Shown: piece after piece, positions 1 to 9,868 of the stretch
Position numbering within the stretch: the first letter of the stretch is position 1
How the letters are laid out: each line of letters opens with the position of its first letter
DNA from: Phycisphaera mikurensis NBRC 102666
GTDB taxonomy: Bacteria; Planctomycetota; Phycisphaerae; Phycisphaerales; Phycisphaeraceae
Assembly: GCF_000284115.1 (NCBI RefSeq)
Contig: NC_017080.1
Coordinates: forward strand, 630,001-662,000
Direction of reading: 5' to 3'
DNA: 32,000 nucleotides
Notes under the pieces: model-generated
The model's database searches: none
What the model saw: only the letters and a program-made list of their open reading frames with translations
What the model was told of the DNA's origin: nothing
Made by a program: the position numbers and the translations under genes

Positions 1-1963
1 GCTCCACCCGGTCGAGCCGGGGGGACGCGGTCAGGCGGTCGGCGGCGAGGTAGAGCGGCTCGGCGGCGGCGTCGGCGGTCTCCGGCGCCGCCTCGCCGAG
101 GCCGCCGGCGTCGAGCGTCTCGACGGTGACGCCGCCGGAGGCCTCGAGGCCGGCGATCTCGGGCCGCTGCGGGTCGGTCGGCGAGGGCGACAGCGCGACG
201 CGGAGGTCCTCGCTGCGGAGCGTCCAGAGCGGCTCGGCGTCGGGCTTCGCACCGGCCGGCCGCCGGGTCGCAACGACGCCGCCGTCGGCGAGCAGCGACT
301 TTGGCGCCGGCTGGCCGCCGCCGGGCGCCGCTCCGAAGCCGAGGGTGACGCGGGAGGCGTCGAGGCGGAGCGGGCCGCCCCCGGAGAACCCGTCGCCGCC
401 GGACGCTCCGCCGGGGGCCGCCGCGTCGACGCCGACGCGGCCGGTGAAGACGGCCGAGCGGATGGCCAGCGCCTCACGCTCGCCCTCGGCTGGGTCGAAG
501 GCGAGGTCCATCCCGGCCTGGAAGGCCACGCGGAGCGCGTCGCCGGCGTCGGCCGCGTCGGGGTCTCGGGCGGTGAGCACGCCGGGGCCGGCGGCCCGCG
601 CGACGCCGGCACCGGGCGTCGCCTCGATCCGCTGCGCGGTGAGCGTGCCGGCGCCGGGGTCCTCGGCGCGCACGGGAGCGCCGCCGACGCCGGTGGCGTC
701 CAGCCGGCCGTCGGCGGTGGTGTACGCGAGCGAGGCGGCGGCGATGCGGGCGGCGCCGCTGGCGGCCGTGGCGGGAGCCTCGGCCGTGCCCCCCAGCTGG
801 AGGTGGGCGCCGGTGAAGGCGGCGCTGCGGACGGCCTCGGGCCCCTCGCCCGGGGCCGCGGGGCGGAGGCGCAGCGGGCCGGTCCAGGCGAGCTCGACGG
901 TGCCGGGGCCGGGCTGGAAGAGGGAGGCGCCGGCTTCGGCCGGGGCGGGCGGCGGGGCCGGATCGCCGCCGCGGATCGCGGGCGTTCCGGCCGCCTGGGC
1001 GCCGCGGTCCGCGGGGCCCGGCGGTGGCGTCGCCTCCGCGTCGCCGCCGCCGAGGCCCTCGCCGGCGGCGAAGAACACCAGCAGGGTGCGGCCGGTGAGG
1101 CGGGTGCCCGAGTCGGCGTCGATGGTGACGCCGCCGGAGGCCTCGACGCGGTAGACCGTGGCGGGCGTGGCTTCGGGCCTGGGCGTGGGCGTCGCCGCGT
1201 CGGTTGCGCCGCCGGTCTCCGCGCTGCGGGCGGCCGACTCCGGATCCGGCGTCGGCGTCGGCGTCGGGGGCACGCCCGCCGCCGCGCCGCCCGCCTCCTC
1301 CCGCCGCAGCCGCAGGAACTCGGTTTCGTCGAGCACGAGCTTCTTGACCTCCTCCTCGGCTCGGCTGAAGTCCAGCTCCAGCCCGGTGCCGGCGAGGTCC
1401 ACCCGCGGCCCGCTCACGCGCACCGGCCCGGCGGTGGAGAGCCGGCCCAGCTCGCGATCGAAGCTGGTCGGCCCGGCGAGAGCGAGCCGCAACACCGCGT
1501 TCGCGTCGGACTCGGGAGCGGCCGGCGAGGCCAGCCGATGGAAGGTGACCACCGTGCCGCCGCGGAAGCTGCCGCGCTGGAAGTCGTTGCCGGGGTGCTC
1601 CACCGTGCCCTCGGCGGCCTCGAGGACGAGCAGGCGGCCGGGCCCGAGCTCGACGCGGGCCCGGGGGGCCTCCACGTCGGAGACGAAATCGGTCCGCGGC
1701 GTCAGCACGTCCCAGGTCAGAGCGGTCTGCTTGCCGTCCTGCTCGGTGAGAAAGGTCGACCGCTCGACCGCCTGCAGCGGGTTCTGCCGCGGGGCGTTGG
1801 CGTCCTCGGTGAAGCGGCCCGGGAAGTCGTCGGGGTCGAGGCTCGCCGCCTCGGCCGGTCCTGCGGAGGGGCCGGGGTCGCCGAGGTACCAGGCGGTGGC
1901 GAGCAGCAGCGCCGACGCCGCGAGGGCGCCTCCGAGCAGCGTGGGCAGGGCCGGGTTCGCCAT
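1..1963 (-). CDS. LptC/LptA-like (LPS export / organic-solvent-tolerance-like) periplasmic protein, C-terminus runs off the left edge
   Basis: Continuous minus-strand reading from ATG at 1963 (MANPALPTLLGGALAASALLLATAWYLGD...), N-terminal hydrophobic segment, repeated beta-rich 'LVFF/ASGGVTIDADSGTRLTGRTL..' pattern typical of OstA/LptC-like domains. Not listed in the ORF track because it is open to the edge; identity by pattern only. Confidence 0.6.
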   Translation of the reverse strand, partial: MANPALPTLLGGALAASALLLATAWYLGDPGPSAGPAEAASLDPDDFPGRFTEDANAPRQNPLQAVERSTFLTEQDGKQTALTWDVLTPRTDFVSDVEAPRARVELGPGRLLVLEAAEGTVEHPGNDFQRGSFRGGTVVTFHRLASPAAPESDANAVLRLALAGPTSFDRELGRLSTAGPVRVSGPRVDLAGTGLELDFSRAEEEVKKLVLDETEFLRLRREEAGGAAAGVPPTPTPTPDPESAARSAETGGATDAATPTPRPEATPATVYRVEASGGVTIDADSGTRLTGRTLLVFFAAGEGLGGGDAEATPPPGPADRGAQAAGTPAIRGGDPAPPPAPAEAGASLFQPGPGTVELAWTGPLRLRPAAPGEGPEAVRSAAFTGAHLQLGGTAEAPATAASGAARIAAASLAYTTADGRLDATGVGGAPVRAEDPGAGTLTAQRIEATPGAGVARAAGPGVLTARDPDAADAGDALRVAFQAGMDLAFDPAEGEREALAIRSAVFTGRVGVDAAAPGGASGGDGFSGGGPLRLDASRVTLGFGAAPGGGQPAPKSLLADGGVVATRRPAGAKPDAEPLWTLRSEDLRVALSPSPTDPQRPEIAGLEASGGVTVETLDAGGLGEAAPETADAAAEPLYLAADRLTASPRLDRVE

Positions 1964-2081
1964 CGCGCGAGGGTACGGGCCGGGCGGGCCCCCGACGCGG
2001 CCACGCGGGGGCGGGTCGGCGGCCGAAGCGGCCGGCGCCCGCCGGGCGGAGCGTGGCGCAGCTCGCGGATACCGTGCCGGC

Positions 2082-3503
2082 ATGCCCCACCCCCACATCG
2101 CGAAGGTCTTCAAGGCGTACGACGTGCGCGCCCTCTACCCGGATCCGCTCGACGAGCCGATCGCCGAGAAGATCGGCTACGGCGTGGGCGTGTTCCTGAA
2201 GAAGGGCAACGGCGGGGAGAAGGGGACCGTCGTGGTCTCGCGGGACCACCGCCCGGCGGCGCCCTCGATGGCCGAGGCCCTCATCCGCGGCATCCGCGCC
2301 GCCGGCATGGACGTCGTCGACCTGGGATCCTGCGACACCAGCATCCAGTACTTCGCGGTGCCGCACCTCGGCGCCGCCGGCGGCGTCCAGTGCACCGCCT
2401 CGCACAACCCCATCGAGTACATCGGCTTCAAGGTCTCGGCCAAGGGCGCCCGCCCGGTCGGCCGCGACACCGGGCTCGCCGAGATCCAGGCGACCGCCGA
2501 GGGCCTCGACGACGGCTTCCTCGCCGGCAAAGAGCAGGGGTCCTACGAGGAACGAGACATCTGGGAGGCGTACCGCAAGCACATCCTCCAGTTCCTCACC
2601 GGCGGCATTCAGCGGCCGCTGAAGCTCTTCGTCGACGCGAGCAACGGCATGGGCACGACCCTGCTGGAGAAGGTCTTCACCGGCGTGCCGAACCTGGAGA
2701 TCGTCTCGATCAACGCCGAGTACACCGACGACTGGGCCCACGAGCCCAACCCGCTGGTGCCCGAGAACATGCAGCCGACGGTGGAGGGCGTGAAGCGGAC
2801 GGGTGCCGACCTGGGGGCCTGCTTCGACGGCGACGCCGACCGCTGCATGCTCGTCGACGACCAGGGCAACCTCTGCGGCTGCGACCACCTGACCGCGTGG
2901 ATGGCCGGCCACTTCGTCAGCCGCAGCGCGACCGATCCGGGAACCGCAGACCCGACGACGATCGTCTACGACCTGCGGAGCTCCAAGGTCGTCGAGGAGA
3001 CGGTCCGCGGCCTGGGCGCGATCCCGGCGATGAGCAAGGTCGGCCACGTCAACATGAAGGCGCTGCTGCGGGAGACCGGCGGCGTCTTCGGCGGCGAGCT
3101 GTCGGGGCACTTCTACTTCCGCGACAACAGCTACGCCGACTCGGGGGCGATCACGCTCGCGGCGGCGCTCACCGTGCTCGGGCAGAACGACCAGAAGCTC
3201 AGCGAGCTGATCGGGCCCTACCGCAAGTACCCGCAGTCCGGCGAGATCAACTTCAAGAACGACGACAAGCAGGGGACGATCGACAAGCTGGAGGCGAGCT
3301 TCAAGGACCGCGCGAAGGAGATCCTCCACCTCGACGGCGTGTCGATCGACTGCTGGGACGACTGCGGCTACTGGTTCAATGTGAGGTCGAGCAACACCGA
3401 GCCGCTGCTGCGCTTGAACGCCGAGGCGAAGGACGAGGCGAAGCTCAAGGCGCTGATGGATGAGCTGATGCCGCAGATGGGGACGGTGGACGCCGGCCAC
3501 TGA
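2082..3503 (+). CDS. Phosphomannomutase/phosphoglucomutase family protein
   Basis: MPHPHIAKVFKAYDVRALYPDPLD...; phosphoserine loop CTASHNP, metal-binding loop FDGDADRCMLVDDQG, C-terminal RSSNTEPLLRLNAEA. Confidence 0.93.
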   Translation: MPHPHIAKVFKAYDVRALYPDPLDEPIAEKIGYGVGVFLKKGNGGEKGTVVVSRDHRPAAPSMAEALIRGIRAAGMDVVDLGSCDTSIQYFAVPHLGAAGGVQCTASHNPIEYIGFKVSAKGARPVGRDTGLAEIQATAEGLDDGFLAGKEQGSYEERDIWEAYRKHILQFLTGGIQRPLKLFVDASNGMGTTLLEKVFTGVPNLEIVSINAEYTDDWAHEPNPLVPENMQPTVEGVKRTGADLGACFDGDADRCMLVDDQGNLCGCDHLTAWMAGHFVSRSATDPGTADPTTIVYDLRSSKVVEETVRGLGAIPAMSKVGHVNMKALLRETGGVFGGELSGHFYFRDNSYADSGAITLAAALTVLGQNDQKLSELIGPYRKYPQSGEINFKNDDKQGTIDKLEASFKDRAKEILHLDGVSIDCWDDCGYWFNVRSSNTEPLLRLNAEAKDEAKLKALMDELMPQMGTVDAGH

Positions 3504-3511
3504 GCTGCGCT

Positions 3512-3544
3512 CCGCCCCGCGGTGCCTGCGGCACCGCGGGGCGG
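3512..3544. repeat. Perfect 15-bp GC-rich hairpin (3-nt loop) after the phosphomannomutase gene
   Basis: CCGCCCCGCGGTGCC-TGC-GGCACCGCGGGGCGG; no T-tract follows. Confidence 0.85.
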
Positions 3545-3679
3545 GGTGAGGTTCCGCCGGGCTGCGCCTCTGCGGGTGGGGCGGGTGTGCGGGGCCGGCG
3601 GCGTCTCCGCCGGGCGTCGGCGCACCCGAACGTGCGTCCCGGCAAGCGGCGAGGACCAAGGGCAGTGGGCAGTCGCGCC

Positions 3680-6175
3680 ATGAGACGTTGGATCACCCTC
3701 CCCGAGCGGCGGCCTCGGGCGACGCTTGGCGTCGCGGCGGTCGTGCTCGCGCTCGCGGGGCTTTCGGTGCTGCGGCTGGAGCCGGACGCGTCGATGGCGC
3801 CGCTGATCCCCGAGGGCGTGCCCGCGGCGGAGGCGCTGCGGACGCTGGGCGACCGCTTCGAGGTCGCCGAGCGGGCGCTGGTGCTGGTCGAGGCGGCAGA
3901 GGCTTCCCCCGGGGATCGACGCCGGGAGCTGATCGCCTTCGGCCGGCGGCTGGGGGACGCGATCGAGCGGGACCCGGCGGCGGGGCCGCTCACGCGGTCG
4001 GTGGTCCTGGAGCCCGGCGCGGACGCGGCATCCTGGATCCGCGAAGAGGTGACGCCGGCGGCGCTCCCCTACCTCGACGAGGAGGCGCTGGCCGGGTTGC
4101 GGGCGCGGCTCTCGCCGGAGGGGCTGGAAGCGCGGACGCGGCGGGTGGCGGACCTGCTCGGAGGCGGCGCCCCCGGCGCGCAGGCGGCGGTCGCGGCGGC
4201 GGTGGCGGATCCGGTCGGCGTGTCGGAGCTGCTGGCGGCGTCGGCCCGGCGCCGCGGCGGGCGGCTCGACCGCGGCGCCTTCGGCGGGGGGCCGATGATC
4301 TCCGCCGACGGCCGGGCGCTGCTGGTGCAGCTCGTGCCCGCCGGCGAGCCGGGGGACCTCGACGCCTCGGCGGCGTTCACCGCGGCGGTGCGGGCGGTGA
4401 TCGACCGGGCGGTGGCGGCGGATCCGGCGGTCGGCGCCGCCCGGCTCTTCGGGGGCCCGCCCACGGCGGCGTACAACGCCGCAGCCATCCGCTCGGACAT
4501 GACGCGCAGCGTCACCGGCTCGGTGCTCCTGCTGCAGGGGCTCTTCCTGCTCGCGTACCGGCGGTGGCTCGCGTTCCCGCTCGCGGCGGTCCCGCTGGCG
4601 GCGGGGCTGCTCGCCGGCTTCGGGGTCTACGCGTGCTTCCGCGGGACGCTCACGCCCCTGACCGCGGCGGCGGGGGCGGTGCTCGCGGGGCTGGGCGTGG
4701 ACTTCGCGATCCACCGGCTGGGGGTGGACGGCGGGGGGCTGCACGGTTCGGGCAACCGTGCGGTGGCCGGGCCGATGGCGGCGGCGTGCGGGACGTCGCT
4801 CCTGGGCTTCGCGGCGATGGGCGTGAGCTCGGTGCCGGCGGTGCGGGACTTCGCGCTCGTCGGGGCGCTGGGGCTGGCGGGCGCCTCCGTCGCGGCGCTC
4901 ACGCTGCTGCCGGCGCTGCTTGCGCTGACACGGCGGGCGGGCGCTCCGGCCGCGCGCGACGGCGGGGCGAGGCGGCTGGCGGCCGCGGTGGCGGCGCGGC
5001 CGCGGGCGGCGGTGGCCGCCGGCGCGGCGGCGGGCCTGGCGGTGCTCGGCGCGGCGGCGTGGCCGACGGGCACCGAGCGCTTCGCCCACGACCTCGACGC
5101 GCTGAACCCGCGGCCGAACCCGCCGCTGGAGGCTCAGGCCGACGCGGAGAAAATCTTTCCCGCGGCCGACGCGACGCTGCCGGTGATCGTGGAGGCGGCG
5201 GACGGCGCCTCGCTGCGGGCGGCGGACGCGGCGGTTGCGGCGGCCGTGCGGGAGGCGGCGCCGGTGCTCACCGCCGCCGCGGGCGGGCCGGTGGGCGTGG
5301 GCTTCACCGGCCTCTCGTCGATGCTGCCGGCTCCGACGCCTCCGCCGGGCTTCGCGGCGGCCGCGGAGGCGCTGCGGGGCGTGGACCTCGGCGCGGCCGC
5401 GGAGGCCGCCGGCCTCGCGCCCGGCGCGCTCGACCCGGCCGAGGCCTGGCTCCGCTTGCTGCCCGACGCGCCAGCGCCCGACGAGGCCGCGCTCCGCCGG
5501 CACCCGCTGCTCGCCTCCGCGGTGCTGCCCGCCGGATCCGCGGACCGCGAGGGGAAACGGCTTGCTCTGGCCACGGTCCGCTGGACGCTCCCGCCCGGGG
5601 CGGATGCCGGAGCGCGCGGCCGCGTCGTCGACGCGCTCGGCGACGCCGTCGACGCCGTCCCGGGGGCGACGGCGACGGGCCTGGAGCGGGGCGGCCGCGT
5701 CATCGGCGAGCGGCTCGGCGGCGAGCTGGCGCGGATGCTCGCGATCGCCGGCGTCGCCGTCCTCGCCTGGCTGTTCGCCTGCTTCCGGCGGGTCGGCACC
5801 GTGCTGCTCGTGCTCGTCCCGCCCGCGGCGGGCGTCGCGGCGGTGCTCGCGGCGGGGAACCTCGCGGGCGTGCCGCTGAACCTGCTGTCGGTGCTCGCGC
5901 TCCCGCTGCTGGTGGGCATCGGCGTGGACGACGGCGTCTTCCTGGTTGCCCACGCCCGCAGAGGCGGGGCCGAGGCCGCCGCGGCGCTGGGCAACAGCCT
6001 CTACGCGGTGACGGTGACCAGCGTCTCGACCGCGGCGGGTTTCGGCTCGCTGCTGTTCACGTCGACGCCGGCGATCCGGACGCTCGGCGGCACGCTGGCC
6101 GCGGGCGTGGCGGCGTGCTGGCTGGCCTCCGTGCTGGTCGTGCTGCCGCTGGTTCTCCGCGGAGCGGCGAGATGA
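3680..6175 (+). CDS. MMPL/RND superfamily transporter (HpnN-like)
   Basis: MRRWITLPERRPRATLGVAAVVLALAGLSVLRLEPDASM..., two blocks of membrane helices with large extracytoplasmic loops, PLLVGIGVDDGVFLVAHARR motif. Confidence 0.85.
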   Translation: MRRWITLPERRPRATLGVAAVVLALAGLSVLRLEPDASMAPLIPEGVPAAEALRTLGDRFEVAERALVLVEAAEASPGDRRRELIAFGRRLGDAIERDPAAGPLTRSVVLEPGADAASWIREEVTPAALPYLDEEALAGLRARLSPEGLEARTRRVADLLGGGAPGAQAAVAAAVADPVGVSELLAASARRRGGRLDRGAFGGGPMISADGRALLVQLVPAGEPGDLDASAAFTAAVRAVIDRAVAADPAVGAARLFGGPPTAAYNAAAIRSDMTRSVTGSVLLLQGLFLLAYRRWLAFPLAAVPLAAGLLAGFGVYACFRGTLTPLTAAAGAVLAGLGVDFAIHRLGVDGGGLHGSGNRAVAGPMAAACGTSLLGFAAMGVSSVPAVRDFALVGALGLAGASVAALTLLPALLALTRRAGAPAARDGGARRLAAAVAARPRAAVAAGAAAGLAVLGAAAWPTGTERFAHDLDALNPRPNPPLEAQADAEKIFPAADATLPVIVEAADGASLRAADAAVAAAVREAAPVLTAAAGGPVGVGFTGLSSMLPAPTPPPGFAAAAEALRGVDLGAAAEAAGLAPGALDPAEAWLRLLPDAPAPDEAALRRHPLLASAVLPAGSADREGKRLALATVRWTLPPGADAGARGRVVDALGDAVDAVPGATATGLERGGRVIGERLGGELARMLAIAGVAVLAWLFACFRRVGTVLLVLVPPAAGVAAVLAAGNLAGVPLNLLSVLALPLLVGIGVDDGVFLVAHARRGGAEAAAALGNSLYAVTVTSVSTAAGFGSLLFTSTPAIRTLGGTLAAGVAACWLASVLVVLPLVLRGAAR

Positions 6176-6909
6176 GCGGCGTGCTCGTGGCGGCGGGGGC
6201 GGCGGGGCTCGCGGCCTCGGCCGCGGGCATCGCGCGGGGCATCGCCAGCCCGCGGAGCTCGCTGCTGATGCCCGTCCGCTGGCGGGCCGACCCGGCGGCG
6301 TGCGGCCCGGTCGCCGCGCTCACCTTCGACGACGGCCCGCACCCGGTCGGCACGCCGCTGGTGCTCGAAGCGCTCGCCCGCCGCGGCGTGCGGGCGACGT
6401 TCTTCGTCATCGGGCAGCACGTCGAGCGGCACCCCGAGCTCGTGCGAGAGATCCGCGACGCCGGCCACCTCATCGGCAACCACAGCCACCGCCACGGCCA
6501 CGCGGACGCCCTGCGTGGCCGGCGCTTCTGGCGGCGGGAGCTCGGCCGCTGCGGCGACGCGGTGGAGGCCGCCTGCGGCGTGCGGCCCACGCTGTTCCGC
6601 CCGCCGATGGGCGTGAAGTCGCCGCTGCAGGCGGCCGCCGTCCGCGACCTGGGGCTTGCCGCCGTCACCTGGAGCCGCCGCGGGCGTGACGGGCGGCGGG
6701 CGGATCCGCAGCGGATCCTCGACCGCCTCGGCGATGCCGGCCCCGGCGAGATCCTCACCCTGCACGACGGCACCGACCCCGCCTTCGACCGCGACCCGCG
6801 CCCGACCGCCGCCGCGCTGGACCCGCTGCTTCACCGCCTGCTCGGCGGCGGGCGGATCGAGCGGCTCGTCGGCGTCGACGAGCTGCTCGGGCTCGCCGGC
6901 ACGAGCTGA
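6172..6909 (+). CDS. Polysaccharide deacetylase family protein (NodB-like)
   Basis: LTFDDGPHPVGTPLVLEALARRGVRATFFVIGQHVERHPELVREIRDAGHLIGNHSHRH; ATGA overlap with upstream gene stop. Confidence 0.93.
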   Translation: MSGVLVAAGAAGLAASAAGIARGIASPRSSLLMPVRWRADPAACGPVAALTFDDGPHPVGTPLVLEALARRGVRATFFVIGQHVERHPELVREIRDAGHLIGNHSHRHGHADALRGRRFWRRELGRCGDAVEAACGVRPTLFRPPMGVKSPLQAAAVRDLGLAAVTWSRRGRDGRRADPQRILDRLGDAGPGEILTLHDGTDPAFDRDPRPTAAALDPLLHRLLGGGRIERLVGVDELLGLAGTS

Positions 6910-7123
6910 CCCGCACCCCGAGCGGGCTCATGGCGCTCGGTGCCACGACCTCCATGCGGTCAAGGATTCCAGCCGCCCGGTCTCACCACCTCGACGGCTC
7001 GACCTCCGACACACCTTCCGAAACCCGCCGATGCCCGGACGCCAAGCCGCTCGCGGGGTGGCGCGTGCGGGAGTGTCGTCGCGACGCGGCCACGACGCGA
7101 GGATCGGGGGTGGGAGGCGAGGG

Positions 7124-8212
7124 TCACGACCGGGCGTCGGGCTCCGCGAAGCGGATCCAGATCCAGCCGCGGCTCGCGTCGAAGGTCAGCTCCGCCTGGC
7201 GGAGCACGGCCTGGCCGAGGCGGCCGAGCACGCGGCCGCGGCCGGCGCGGATCCCCGGCGGGCCCGGGCCGAAGGCGGTGGGCACGTCGCGGAGGGTGAG
7301 CCCGAGGGTGCTGAGCGAGCGGACCCACGTCTGCGTGGTGAGGCCGGGCCCGCCGACGCCGCGGCGCAGGCCGGCGCCGGCGGCGGGCACGCTGAGCAGG
7401 TCCGGCCGCCGCCGCAGCAAATCCAGCGGGAGCGAGAGGCCGCCGCTGGCGCCGGTGTCCAGCAGCAGGTCGACGCGGACCGGCGGCCGCCCGGCGCGGC
7501 CCGCCAGCGTTGCCTCCACCGCCGGCAGCCCCAGGATCCGCCGGAGCCGGTGCCGGGTCGCTCCGGCGGGCGGGCGGAACGCGGCGGGGCGGTGGAGGGT
7601 CAGCGTCGCCGGTTCGCCGCCCCGGGCGGGCTTCAGCGTGAAGGGCACGCCCGCCAGGTCCGTGAAGCCGAGGATCCCGCCGCCGCCCCGCAGCGCCGGG
7701 CCGAGCGTGTGGAACGAGAGCCCCAACGCGGTCCGCGTTCCGAGCTCCACCGCGGGCCCGCCGCCGCCGGCGAGCCGGAGGGCGGGCAGGTCGATCTCCG
7801 CGTGGATCGAGTAGCCGGTCACGCCCGAGGCACGCACCTCCGCGCCCCGCTCCAGCCCGAGCCGGCCGGCGACGCCCTCGGCGATGACCGTGCGGTTGGC
7901 GCCGGTGTCCACGAGGAACAGGCCGGCCCGCCGCCCATCGATCTCGGCGCGGGCGAGCCGGAAGGCGCCGCGTTCCACCAGCGGGATCACGGCGTCGGCC
8001 GTCCACGCGTCGGCGTCCGCGAGCACGGCGATCCGGCCCGGCGGCGTCCGCTCCGCGGCCGGCGCGGGCGGTCCGGCGCAGCCGGCGATGCCGGCGAAGG
8101 ACAGGCCGATCGCGACCGCGAGGCGCAGCGCCCGGCCGCGGCGTAGCGGCCACGGGTCCCGCAGCAACGGGTGCCGGAGCGGGCGCTGGAGGGCGTGGCG
8201 AGCGGGGATCAT
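7124..8212 (-). CDS. Retropepsin-like aspartyl protease family lipoprotein
   Basis: Signal/lipobox-like LSFAGIAGCAG; two retroviral-type active-site motifs, FLVDTGANRTV and LLLDTGASGGLSL. Confidence 0.75.
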   Translation of the reverse strand: MIPARHALQRPLRHPLLRDPWPLRRGRALRLAVAIGLSFAGIAGCAGPPAPAAERTPPGRIAVLADADAWTADAVIPLVERGAFRLARAEIDGRRAGLFLVDTGANRTVIAEGVAGRLGLERGAEVRASGVTGYSIHAEIDLPALRLAGGGGPAVELGTRTALGLSFHTLGPALRGGGGILGFTDLAGVPFTLKPARGGEPATLTLHRPAAFRPPAGATRHRLRRILGLPAVEATLAGRAGRPPVRVDLLLDTGASGGLSLPLDLLRRRPDLLSVPAAGAGLRRGVGGPGLTTQTWVRSLSTLGLTLRDVPTAFGPGPPGIRAGRGRVLGRLGQAVLRQAELTFDASRGWIWIRFAEPDARS

Positions 8213-8329
8213 GAGGTTCCGCCGGCGGGCGTGCGGGCGGAACGCCGCCGCGTGGCCGCGCGGCCGGGCCTCGCTCCCGCTGGAGGCGCTTCGCCCCGTC
8301 GCCCCGGCCGCGCCCGGGGCCCGCCGGCC

Positions 8330-8647
8330 TCAGCCGGAGATCGCGGTCACGCGGACCCGCAGGCGGCCCTGGCGGTGGCCGTTCCGCCGGGTGTAGCCCT
8401 TGCGGCGCTTGAACTTGATGATCTCGATCTTGGGGCCGCGGCCCTCGTCGAGGATGTCCGCCTTCACGGTCGCGCCCTCGATCAGCGGGGAGCCGAGCGT
8501 CGCCGCGCCCTCGCCGCCTCCGATCACCAGGACCCGGTCGAACGTGAGGTCGGCTTGGTCGTCGCCGAGGGCGCGCAGGTCGACGTCGATGACGTCGCCT
8601 TCGGACACCTTGATCTGGGTGCCGCTGTCTTCGATGATCGCGTACAT
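8330..8647 (-). CDS. rplU: 50S ribosomal protein L21
   Basis: MYAIIEDSGTQIKVSEGDVIDVDL...FKRRKGYTRRNGHRQGRLRVRVTAISG, a clear L21. Confidence 0.95.
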   Translation of the reverse strand: MYAIIEDSGTQIKVSEGDVIDVDLRALGDDQADLTFDRVLVIGGGEGAATLGSPLIEGATVKADILDEGRGPKIEIIKFKRRKGYTRRNGHRQGRLRVRVTAISG

Positions 8648-8819
8648 GGGGGCTCCATTGGAGGGGGCTTCACGGGGCCGGGCTTTCCATCGGCGTCGGC
8701 ACAGCCGGCCGCCCGTGCGGGAGCACGGCGGCGCAGCGGAGGAGGGTATCGGGCGCGGGGCGCGGACGCAACGGAGGTCGCGGCGGGCGGGTTCAACGGC
8801 GTGGGGAACCGCCCGCGGA

Positions 8820-9701
8820 TCAAGCGGGCCGGGCGAGCTCGGCCGGCAGCGCCTCGCCGAGCAGCAGGTTGTCGATGAGGCGGACGCCGCCGACGCGGGC
8901 GGCGACGAGCGCGGCGAGCGGCCGGCCGCCGCCGGGCTCCGGCGGCCGGAGCGTGCCGGCGTCGCGGACCTCCGCGTAGTCCACGCCCAGGCTCGGCTCG
9001 GCCGCGAGGCCGGCACGCAGCGCCTCCGCCGCTTCGCCGCCCGACCCCGCCCCGCCCGCGTGCGCGGCGTGCGCGGCGGCGAGCGAAGCGGAGATCGCGG
9101 CGGCGGCCTGGCGGCTCCGCGGGTCCAGCCGCTGGTTCCGCGAGCTCAGCGCCAGCCCGTCGGGTTCCCGCAGCGTGGGCACCTCGACGATCTCAACGCC
9201 GAGGCACAGGTCGGTGGCAATCGCCTGCACCAGCCGCAGCTGCTGCAGGTCCTTCCGCCCGAAGGTCGCCAGCTCGGGCCGGCACAGCCCGAGGAGCTTG
9301 GTCACCACGCGGGCGACGCCGGCGAAGTGGCCGGGCCGGTGGGCGTCCTCCAGCTCGGGGGCGGCGGTCAGGGCGGGGACGTCGACGGCGGCCGCCGGAA
9401 CGCCGGGCGGGTAGAGCGCCCCGGTGGCGGGAGCGAAGACGGCGTCCACGCCCGAAGCGGCGCACGCGGCGGCGTCGGCCTCGATCGCACGCGGGTACGC
9501 GGCGAGGTCGGCGGGGTCGTCGAACTGCGTGGGGTTCACGAACACGCTCACGAGGACGGCGCCCGCGCCCGCGGCCCGGGCGGCGGCGGGGTGGGCGAGG
9601 TGGCCCGCGTGCAGCGCGCCCATGGTCGGGACCAGCGCGAGCGGCCCCCGGAGGCCGCGCCGCCAGGCGTGGAGTTCGTCGGGGCTGCGGAGGAGGTGCA
9701 C
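8820..9701 (-). CDS. panC: Pantothenate synthetase (pantoate--beta-alanine ligase)
   Basis: PTMGALHAGHLAH, VSVFVNPTQF, RPGHFAGVARVVTKL, FGRKDLQQL, LSSRNQRL motifs. GTG start assumed at 9701. Confidence 0.92.
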   Translation of the reverse strand: MHLLRSPDELHAWRRGLRGPLALVPTMGALHAGHLAHPAAARAAGAGAVLVSVFVNPTQFDDPADLAAYPRAIEADAAACAASGVDAVFAPATGALYPPGVPAAAVDVPALTAAPELEDAHRPGHFAGVARVVTKLLGLCRPELATFGRKDLQQLRLVQAIATDLCLGVEIVEVPTLREPDGLALSSRNQRLDPRSRQAAAAISASLAAAHAAHAGGAGSGGEAAEALRAGLAAEPSLGVDYAEVRDAGTLRPPEPGGGRPLAALVAARVGGVRLIDNLLLGEALPAELARPA

Positions 9702-9868
9702 GCGGGGAGGATGACAGGTCGGCGAGGGGGGAATCGGGGCGACGCGCCCGCTCGCAGGGTTTCTCGGAGCGAGCGGGAACGCGTCTCGCCCGGGGGCCGG
9801 CGCCGCCCCCGCCAAGCTCAAGCCGGGCCGTTCCCGCGGCTCCGCTGCCCGGAACCGCTGACGCGGCC

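Noticed and set aside
474-3659. Very long minus-strand ORF (1061 aa) and other long ORFs at 803-3463 and 1158-3503
   Set aside because: Shadow ORFs from high GC. The real phosphomannomutase lies in frame at 2082-3503 and the LptC-like protein on the minus strand from 1963; the alternatives have low-complexity Arg/Ala/Pro composition.
3368-6909. ORFs 3368-5953 (-) and 3688-6909 (+)
   Set aside because: They overlap the well-supported MMPL transporter and deacetylase genes in other frames and have no domain-like sequence.
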